Shown here: one piece after another, positions 1 to 7,160 of the stretch
How the letters are laid out: every line of letters begins with the position of its first letter
Numbering within the stretch: the first letter of the stretch is position 1
Source: Promethearchaeota archaeon
GTDB lineage: Archaea; Asgardarchaeota; Lokiarchaeia; Sigyniarchaeales; SOKP01
Direction of reading: 5' to 3'
Length of the DNA: 12,241 bases
NCBI GenBank assembly: GCA_019894975.1
Contig: JAGXNO010000073.1
Coordinates: forward strand, 1-12,241
Made by a program: the position numbers and the translations under genes
Notes under the pieces: model-generated
The model's input: the letters and a program-made list of their open reading frames with translations, nothing else
The model's database searches: none
What the model was told of the DNA's origin: nothing

Positions 1-627
1 GTCGTAAGGTCTTCCAATAAAACCGTTCTCATCGCCTTCAGAATTAAGGCAGCTCCAGATAAAAGTAATAGTTTCTTGTGGATTTATTAAATCCAATCTA
101 CCTAAAATATCCAAAGATAAGACAGCATAACAATGGATTTCAAGCATCGAGCTTAAAGGATAATACTTTTGAGGAAAGTTCATGTTTAGATACCGGTGCG
201 TATACTCGTCTGTAAATATCTGAAATTCTTCAGAATAATGATCTAAGATATAATCTACTATTCTAGTTCGGTTTATGCAATCTAACTTGCCGAGTGCTTC
301 GAAGATATACAGTCCATAGTATGTCGCCTGTAAGGAAGACTCGTAAATCTGTGGGAAATATCCTAAATTGTCGTAATCGTTGAGTTTTCTTTCGAAAATT
401 GCTTCAATGTCATCTCCATTGTCAATAGACGAGATTTTTGGGTTTAATTTGCTGATTTCATCAGGATTTACCTCAATGTATCCTCGATCGATAGCATCAA
501 AATTATTCTCAATCAATGAAAAGTGTGGCGTCGAAAAGGTGCCAATGAAAATAACTACGATAATAATTGTTTCTATTGTTTTTTCTTTAATTTTAAAATT
601 AGCTTGTGGAGTGGTTAGTTGCATCAT
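1..627 (-). CDS. Secreted/membrane-anchored protein with prenyltransferase/squalene-oxidase-like (alpha/alpha toroid) repeats; continues beyond the left window edge
   Basis: Manual translation: ATG at 627-625 (second ATG 624-622), in-frame TAA upstream at 654-652, open to position 1. Reads MMQLTTPQANFKIKEKTIETIIIVVIFIGTFSTPHF...GYFPQIYESSLQATYYGLYIFEALGKLD...HCYAVLSLDILGRLDLINPQETITFIWSCLNSEGDENGFIGRPYD. It has a hydrophobic N-terminal segment and two 'T/C-Y-x-x-L-x-x-x-x-x-LG-K/R-LD' units resembling prenyltransferase-type repeats. Absent from the ORF track because the stop lies outside the window. Confidence 0.8.
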   Translation of the reverse strand, partial: MMQLTTPQANFKIKEKTIETIIIVVIFIGTFSTPHFSLIENNFDAIDRGYIEVNPDEISKLNPKISSIDNGDDIEAIFERKLNDYDNLGYFPQIYESSLQATYYGLYIFEALGKLDCINRTRIVDYILDHYSEEFQIFTDEYTHRYLNMNFPQKYYPLSSMLEIHCYAVLSLDILGRLDLINPQETITFIWSCLNSEGDENGFIGRPYD

Positions 628-1048
628 AAAATTATAAAAAATCTCCCATATTTAAAGAAAAATTCAAAAAACCAGATATTTTGTATTCCTCCTTTTTTTG
701 GGTGGATGCAAAATTCAGTTATTATTTAATTTATAATCTACCGATTCTGGTGTTATAAATTGATATTATAGAAAAAATTTTAAATAAAAGAAAAATTTTT
801 ATAGTAAAAACTCAAGTATTATTTAGATTACAAAAAAGAACGAAATAAAATGGCTGAACTCGTAAATGCGTTATTATCTCCCATGGCAACATATGTAAGA
901 AAAAAAACCGTAGAAAAAATTAAAAAAAGAAGGAACAAGAAGAAATTAACATTAAAGTTTTTTTAATTTTTTTTAAATTCTTTATTCATTAAATTCTGAA
1001 AAATGAAGAATAAAGGCTAAATACTAAATAATAAAAAGTAGATTTTTT

Positions 1049-2908
1049 TTATGGGACTTGTCCACCATCTATGATAGTCCAACTATAATTATTTATAATA
1101 CTCGCTCTTGCAGTTGTAGCGGCACCTGTGCTATATTGTGAATTGCCTCCATGAAAAGTTACACCATTATGTAAAACTAATTGAGACCAACCGATTAACA
1201 AACTATCATAATTAGTTGTTGATAAAGTTGCCAAAGAAAACATATCCCACATAGTCATAACGTTTGAAACATCCCAATTACCAATGTTTTGGTTAAAGGA
1301 AGTTGCCCCCATGAACATACCCGACATAGAGATTACACTCAACACGTTCCAATTGCTAATATTTCGGTTAAAAGATCTTGCCTCATTGAACGTACCCCAC
1401 ATAGATAAAACATTTGATACATCCCAGCTATTGATGGGCTGGTTGAAAGAAAATGCCTGAGCGAACATGACAGCCATGTCTGTCACGCTCGAAACATCCC
1501 AGCTATCTATGGGCTGGTTAAAGGAAGTTGCAGATTGGAACATAGCGGTCATGTCTGTCACGCTCGAAACATCCCAGCTATTGATGGGCTGGTTGAATGA
1601 AGAAGCAGCGGCGAACATTCTCTCCATGTCTGTCACGCTCGAGACATTCCAACTATCGATGGGATGGTTAAAGGATGAAGCACCTAAAAACTTATTCTTC
1701 ATGGTTGTTACGCTCGAGACATTCCAGCTATTTATGGATTGGTCAAAGGAGGAAGCAGAACTGAACATACTCGCCGTGGTTGTCACGCTCGAGACATCCC
1801 AGCTATCTATGGGTTGGTTAAAGGATGAAGCACCTTGGAACATATTTGCCATGGTTGTCACGCTCGAGATGTCCCAGCTATCTATGGGTTGGTTAAAGGA
1901 TGAAGCATAACTAAACATACTCGTCATTATTGTCACGCTCGAGACATCCCAGTTATTGATGGACTGGTTAAAGGATGAAGCATAACTAAACATACTCGTC
2001 ATTGTTGTCACGCTCGAGACATCCCAGCTATCGATGGGCTGGTTAAAGGAAGTTGCACCATAGAACATGTAGCTCAAATTTATCACATTTGACAGATCAA
2101 AATTGTTCATATTTCCGCTACTTCCCAAATTTTCGCATCCCCTAAATGTATTATTTAAAGTAGTTATTCCTGTTAAATTTAATTTATCAGTTGCAGTAAG
2201 ATTTAGATTAGTACATCCATAAAAATTACTTCCAAAATTCCCTAATTGTAATGAACCCCAATCTTTAATCTCAAGTAGTTTTAATCTATCTCCATTATTA
2301 TTATCATTTTTATGAAACCTCCAACCAAGGATTGTTCCATTTATTGAAATATCATACACACCTTCTGAAGTATATGTATGATTTACTTCTGATTGATTCC
2401 AGCTAATAATCGTATCGATATTTCCATCACCCCAATCAATGGTAAAATTATAGGTTCCAGTTGATTCCAATGGTAATGCAACTTGATTATTAGAACTCGA
2501 ACTTGAACTTGCTAATGTAGTATTCCATACTGAGTTAAAAAATGTATCTATGGAAAAACTGACTGATGTATTTCCAATATTTCCTGCTGAATCATTAGCC
2601 CATACATGTATTGTATTTGAACCATTTCTAAATTTAATAAATTGTGCTGAATTACAAATGACATCTACACCATTCCAGTTGTACCATATTGTATCTATTC
2701 TTATGTTGTCAGTTGCATTAATTTCCAGTAATTGCGTAGTTGCATGATATGTTGTATTAGAAAGGCTGATTATTTGCACTTTTGGGTTTGTTGTATCAAT
2801 TTCTTCGGGTTTTTCAGAAGGACTTATTAGGAAAATAATTACTGTTATAAGAGAACTTACTAATATGACTGATATCAATAAAACTAAGAAATTTTTTTTT
2901 TTTTCCAT
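1049..2908 (-). CDS. BspA-family (DUF285) leucine-rich-repeat surface protein with N-terminal TM anchor, Ig-like and PKD-like domains
   Basis: 619 aa. KKK + hydrophobic helix (aa ~7-28); Ig-like segment ([10 protein letters not shown]...[13 protein letters not shown]); PKD-like FTIDWGDG...[15 protein letters not shown]; 25-aa repeats WDVSSVTxMxxMFxxAxSFNQPIxS; typical C-cap NYDSLLIGW...WTIIDGG. Confidence 0.93.
   Translation of the reverse strand: MEKKKNFLVLLISVILVSSLITVIIFLISPSEKPEEIDTTNPKVQIISLSNTTYHATTQLLEINATDNIRIDTIWYNWNGVDVICNSAQFIKFRNGSNTIHVWANDSAGNIGNTSVSFSIDTFFNSVWNTTLASSSSSSNNQVALPLESTGTYNFTIDWGDGNIDTIISWNQSEVNHTYTSEGVYDISINGTILGWRFHKNDNNNGDRLKLLEIKDWGSLQLGNFGSNFYGCTNLNLTATDKLNLTGITTLNNTFRGCENLGSSGNMNNFDLSNVINLSYMFYGATSFNQPIDSWDVSSVTTMTSMFSYASSFNQSINNWDVSSVTIMTSMFSYASSFNQPIDSWDISSVTTMANMFQGASSFNQPIDSWDVSSVTTTASMFSSASSFDQSINSWNVSSVTTMKNKFLGASSFNHPIDSWNVSSVTDMERMFAAASSFNQPINSWDVSSVTDMTAMFQSATSFNQPIDSWDVSSVTDMAVMFAQAFSFNQPINSWDVSNVLSMWGTFNEARSFNRNISNWNVLSVISMSGMFMGATSFNQNIGNWDVSNVMTMWDMFSLATLSTTNYDSLLIGWSQLVLHNGVTFHGGNSQYSTGAATTARASIINNYSWTIIDGGQVP
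1277..2101 (-). repeat. Coding tandem array of 11 x 75-bp units (plus a partial 12th) encoding DUF285 repeats
   Basis: Exact 75-nt periodicity; the central units share near-identical DNA (tgtcacgctcgagacatcccagcta...ggttaaaggatgaagca). Confidence 0.95.
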
Positions 2909-2985
2909 ATTTTAGTCCTTTAGTTTTTTACTTAGTAAATTTGTGAATAAAACCTTGCACGCTACCTTTTCAAATTATTAACTCA

Positions 2986-2993
2986 TATATAAA
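2986..2993 (-). promoter_or_regulatory. Candidate archaeal TATA box (TTTATATA) for the BspA-like gene
   Basis: TTTATATA on the minus strand with A-rich sequence upstream, ~78 nt before the ATG at 2908. The AT-rich background makes a chance match likely. Confidence 0.3.
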
Positions 2994-3290
2994 TATTATT
3001 AAAATTACTTAAACAGTCTCATAGGTGAATATCTGTTTATTTAGGATAGCTATTTGATTTACTCTTCCCTTCCTCATATTTATTATTTTTATGGAAGTTG
3101 ATAAAAACCGTTCTATAAAAAGAAAAAGATTTATTTTTGGATCTAATTGCAAATTGAGATCAAATTAATCTTAAAAATTGATTTCCTCGCACCTTTTTTC
3201 TTTATATAGAATAATTTTTTAAGAACCATAAAAGTTTGATTTACCTTTAAGGTTCAAGAAAAGGTAAGTTAATCAAAAAGTGATAAAAGA

Positions 3291-6200
3291 ATGGTTGAAA
3301 TTGAAGTCAAAAAAATTGAAAGAGATGAAATTATTGTATGTGGAGCTTGTAATAATGCAATTCCAAAAGATTTTCTCGAAAGAAGTGTAGGGCGAGTAAA
3401 AAATCTCTATTGCCAATATTGTGGCGTATCCTTAAACTTGGATTACGATCTAAAAATTAATAATGAAGATGGTGAAAACCATAATAATACTCTTTATACA
3501 CAAGAAGAATCAAGTTTGACTAATATTCAACAGAATAGCCAAGAAAGTGATTTTTCTTTGAGTTACACAAATATAAGGAGCTCTCTACGAAGTTATATTT
3601 TTCAGCTGATTTATCAGTTGTTAAAAAGCACTCCTTTCACCCTTAAAAAAATCCAGAATAAAAAAGAATTGAAAACTTCGCATATAAATATTATACTCAA
3701 AAAAATTTGGAACGAATTAAAAGACTTGAATCCAAATAATTTAGCTAATCAAGAATTGGTAAGCTCAAAACGAAGAATTAAGAATTACTTTGAAGAATTT
3801 CAATCATCGCTACGACCCTACAATAATTTTCGGAAGAAGAATTTTGCTCTTTTTGCAGAAAACATTGAATTCGTTTTCGGGTTAATTTTAGGAGATTATG
3901 AATTCTCAAACCTTACAACCTCTAAAAAACGGATTGTTCTCGATTTAAAAAAGAGGTTTGGATTTAAATCAGATACAGCAACAACGAATTCATTTACTTA
4001 TACCATCTCATTAATCCTAAGTAAAAAGATTCGCAGTATTCCTACTCAATATCACATAACAGAAGGGAATAATAATAAATTAGCGTTAGATGAAATAATT
4101 GGTTATGTAATTGATTATTTAGTCACTAATAAGGTTAAAATATTTGATTTAAGTGAATTTAACAACTCCAAAAAAAAAAAGTTTCATAGAACACTGAAGA
4201 TTTTAATCTATAATTTAAAATCGGACTGGATTTATCGCAAGAGTTTTGAAGATCACATTTATAAATTAACCATAATCGTTAATTCCTTAATAAACAATAT
4301 TGAATATTCGTCCAGCCTTACCGGGTTTGAACGGCTTATTAGCCAAGGATTAAAGCAGTCAGCTCTCTTTGAAAAAGACCAAGATTTCTCTCCTTATTTT
4401 AAACTTAACTTAACTCTAATTTTAAGCCGAATTATATACATAAAAATAAAAAATTCCCCGGGTATAACCAAATTAAACTCTCAACCCGTAAATTTGAGCA
4501 TTACGGAAGAAATTGAAATTAGAAATTCAATTTTAGATGAAATTACAGCAGGTAAAAAAATCAACTCTCAATTATTGAAGAAGTTTTATATGTTCTCGCT
4601 AGAAAAATTTCAAACCTATTATAAAAAATTACAATTAAAATTATCTTCGGATTTGATATATGTGGAGAGCTTTCGTAATTACCTTAGTGACCTTGTAAAA
4701 CTCGTGTTTACTATCGTACATTCAATTTCAAAAAAATCACAACTCACTAAACTCGAACTTGCTGTAATAAAAGATTTAGCGAATTATAATTTTGAATGGT
4801 TCAATAAAAAAGCTCTTGAGAGATATAATGAGAACGAGGATTTGACTACAAAGTCTATGGAATTATTTGAAAAATCTCAAGATGAAAAAGTTTTAATGAA
4901 CCAAATAAGTAAATCTGATGAAATTGTTAGAATTTTTAAATTTAAACCAATAGTTCTAGTAAAATTAATTGAGCAACTAGGAAGAAATTTAAATGTTAGA
5001 CTTGACATTAAAGATGAAATCTACCTGCAGAAAAAAAAGAAGTATACTTATTCTTCAAGTTATTCTGATGGAGATATAGAATTTTGGATCGAATTATATA
5101 AATTAAAGTATTATGGTGGATCTTGGCCGGCTGTTTTTGAATTTATTATTGAATGCAATAACCGTTTTAATCTAAAAATTGATACTCCACATTATTATAA
5201 CGGAATGATACCTATCGCGAAAACATATTTTAAGCAGAATAGCTTGAATTATGAAGAATTTATAATAAAGCATGGAATTTATAAGAGTAAGCAACCATCT
5301 ACTGATGAGATTGTTCTCGAATGGATAAAAATATATCAAAATCGAGATTTAGGGGGATCAATCTCTGCTATTATGAACTATTTAGAAAATCATCAAGGCT
5401 ATACCTTTGGAGAGACAACAATAAGGCGTCATATAAGGAAATTTTTTATGAATGGAAAATATGGAAATTATTTTAGTGAGGATTTAACTTATGATGAATG
5501 GAAAACAAGATATAAAAGAAATTTTTTTAGAGAAGATATGCCTCTTGACCCTAAAACCCAATCACATGAATACATCTTATTATATAATGAAAAAAAAAAT
5601 CAATACAAACGAGTATTTATTAAAGATCTTGAAAATCCAGAATTATTAGAAAATATGGATGAGTTACAGATTCTTGGAATTTCAAACAATTTACAACCAA
5701 AAAAAGTGAATTTTAGTCATTTTGAAAAAAAAGATCTTCAGGAATCCTTAGAAATTGTTTGTAGCCATGGATCAGTAATAATTTCTCCAGAGCAGTATCT
5801 TTACACCATAGATGATGACAGCAACATAATTGAAATTAAGGGACGCGATCTAAAAGTTGGAACGCCAATATTGATGCCAAGAATTTTAAAAATCGATTCA
5901 AATGATGAACCTTTAGATTTAATAAATTGTGGGAAGTTAATAACTAGCAATACTGCTCAATACATCGAGCAATTTGGTAAGAAAGCATATCGATTTATTA
6001 AAAAAAATGCAAATTTAGGAGCGATAATTGGTCAATATGCAGCTGAGGGGACGATGCCATCGAGACATCAACCCGGAACAACAATTTCAGTTAGCGTGGA
6101 TAAAGATTATATTCAAAAGCTTCAAAAAATAATCAAAGAAGTATTTGGGCTAGAGTTTCAAATATTTGCACGAAGAGTTACGGAGTGCAAAAATTGTGGA

Positions 6201-7064
6201 TCTAAAACAATTGAAAAGGGGAATCAAAATATATGTCCTAAATGTGAAGATGGTACCTATAATGAATGTTATGAATTAAGGACAAAAACAAAGTTAGCAA
6301 AAACTATATTTACTGAGGGTTTAGGGTTAAAACATACTTACTCGTATTTAAAAGAAATTCCATCGTTTTTGTATAATTCGCCAACGGATTGTGAGAAAAG
6401 CTTTATATTAAGTTATTTTAAAGGTGATGGATCGGAACTGGATTATCGTAATAAAGGAGGAACCTTTGAACTCAATTTTGTAACCACTTCTAGACGACTA
6501 GTATTCGGTTTGAATTTGCTTATGAAGAAATTAGGAGTTATTATGAGCGTTAGGGCACATAAACCTTCTAATAGGCCGAACTCGAAAAAACTCTATCAGA
6601 TGAGTATTCGGGGTTCTTCTAATTTTGAATTATTAAAACATCATTTCGAAAATTTACCTGAAATTGACTATACTACTAGCGATATTAGAACTTCTGTAAA
6701 TAATCAAATTCTTATGAGAAAATTAAATTTAGAACTTCAAAAGATGTATGGCATTTCATTGAGAGAATTAAGTAATAGGGGAATTATCCCTAAAAATGCA
6801 CAACATATTGCAACTCAATTAAAAAGAAAAACAAACTTGTCAGAAGTGCTCTTATTAAAAACTCTTGATGGGTTAAGAAATGAAAAACTTCTGACTCCCT
6901 TAGTTAAAAAATTGGAGCAAGTCTTTCGAAAAAACACTTTTACCAGAATAAAGAAAATTATATCTTCTAAAACACCTAATAACTCGTATAATATTTCAGT
7001 AGACGGAATCGGATATTGTTCTGGAACTGCTTTTGTATATGTAAAATCTGAAGAAAAAGAATAA
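3291..7064 (+). CDS. Multidomain protein: Zn ribbon + 3 helical repeats + 2 HTH-like repeats + C-terminal degenerate intein (HINT) with LAGLIDADG endonuclease domain
   Basis: 1257 aa, intact. CGAC..CQYC (aa 17-44); HINT-N motifs (LEIVCSHGSVIISPEQYLYT, EIKGRDLKVGTPILMPR); LAGLIDADG motifs LGAIIGQYAAEG and FILSYFKGDG; block H FVTTSRRLVFGLNLLMKKLGV; HINT-C FTRIKKI...SYNISV...VYVKS. Confidence 0.9.
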   Translation: MVEIEVKKIERDEIIVCGACNNAIPKDFLERSVGRVKNLYCQYCGVSLNLDYDLKINNEDGENHNNTLYTQEESSLTNIQQNSQESDFSLSYTNIRSSLRSYIFQLIYQLLKSTPFTLKKIQNKKELKTSHINIILKKIWNELKDLNPNNLANQELVSSKRRIKNYFEEFQSSLRPYNNFRKKNFALFAENIEFVFGLILGDYEFSNLTTSKKRIVLDLKKRFGFKSDTATTNSFTYTISLILSKKIRSIPTQYHITEGNNNKLALDEIIGYVIDYLVTNKVKIFDLSEFNNSKKKKFHRTLKILIYNLKSDWIYRKSFEDHIYKLTIIVNSLINNIEYSSSLTGFERLISQGLKQSALFEKDQDFSPYFKLNLTLILSRIIYIKIKNSPGITKLNSQPVNLSITEEIEIRNSILDEITAGKKINSQLLKKFYMFSLEKFQTYYKKLQLKLSSDLIYVESFRNYLSDLVKLVFTIVHSISKKSQLTKLELAVIKDLANYNFEWFNKKALERYNENEDLTTKSMELFEKSQDEKVLMNQISKSDEIVRIFKFKPIVLVKLIEQLGRNLNVRLDIKDEIYLQKKKKYTYSSSYSDGDIEFWIELYKLKYYGGSWPAVFEFIIECNNRFNLKIDTPHYYNGMIPIAKTYFKQNSLNYEEFIIKHGIYKSKQPSTDEIVLEWIKIYQNRDLGGSISAIMNYLENHQGYTFGETTIRRHIRKFFMNGKYGNYFSEDLTYDEWKTRYKRNFFREDMPLDPKTQSHEYILLYNEKKNQYKRVFIKDLENPELLENMDELQILGISNNLQPKKVNFSHFEKKDLQESLEIVCSHGSVIISPEQYLYTIDDDSNIIEIKGRDLKVGTPILMPRILKIDSNDEPLDLINCGKLITSNTAQYIEQFGKKAYRFIKKNANLGAIIGQYAAEGTMPSRHQPGTTISVSVDKDYIQKLQKIIKEVFGLEFQIFARRVTECKNCGSKTIEKGNQNICPKCEDGTYNECYELRTKTKLAKTIFTEGLGLKHTYSYLKEIPSFLYNSPTDCEKSFILSYFKGDGSELDYRNKGGTFELNFVTTSRRLVFGLNLLMKKLGVIMSVRAHKPSNRPNSKKLYQMSIRGSSNFELLKHHFENLPEIDYTTSDIRTSVNNQILMRKLNLELQKMYGISLRELSNRGIIPKNAQHIATQLKRKTNLSEVLLLKTLDGLRNEKLLTPLVKKLEQVFRKNTFTRIKKIISSKTPNNSYNISVDGIGYCSGTAFVYVKSEEKE
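5541..7049 (+). other. Intein-derived module (HINT-N / LAGLIDADG / HINT-C), predicted non-splicing
   Basis: Intein blocks occur in the canonical order A, B, C, E, H, F, G. Block A lacks a Cys/Ser nucleophile (PLDPKT), block B TxxH is SPEQ, block F Asp is Asn, the terminal His-Asn is Lys-Ser, and only EEKE* follows. Confidence 0.8.
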
Positions 7065-7074
7065 AGAGAGCTAA

Positions 7075-7152
7075 TTATCTAATAACTAAAGCAGGTTTTC
7101 CCGGTAGTGCTTGGCTTGCTTTCTGATCGGTGGAATTCTTTTCAATCAAAAC
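7075..7152 (-). pseudogene. leuS: Displaced, diverged 3'-terminal fragment of leuS (last 25 codons + TAA)
   Basis: Translates [25 protein letters not shown] versus [25 protein letters not shown] at 9231-9308. Ungapped, 60/78 nt and 17/25 aa identical, same strand, same stop position. Confidence 0.93.
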
Positions 7153-7160
7153 TGCTCCTC

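Noticed and set aside
380-637. 85-aa + strand ORF
   Set aside because: Antisense shadow of the longer, protein-like minus-strand gene at 1-627.
914-972. Perfect 15-bp inverted repeat (aaaaaattaaaaaaa / tttttttaatttttt)
   Set aside because: Pure A/T low-complexity sequence; at most part of a T-rich terminator region for the BspA-like gene, not evidence of a MITE.
1467-1910. 147-aa repetitive + strand ORF
   Set aside because: Antisense shadow of the DUF285 array; its periodicity is inherited from the 75-bp repeats.
1277-2101. CRISPR array or DGR template/variable repeat
   Set aside because: The units are in-frame coding repeats without unique spacers. No cas or reverse transcriptase gene is in the window, and no separate template repeat was seen.
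2550-2747. 65-aa + strand ORF
   Set aside because: Antisense within the BspA-like gene, with no recognisable motif.
5541-7064. Canonical active intein
   Set aside because: It lacks the N-terminal nucleophile, block B His, terminal His-Asn, +1 nucleophile and any C-extein.
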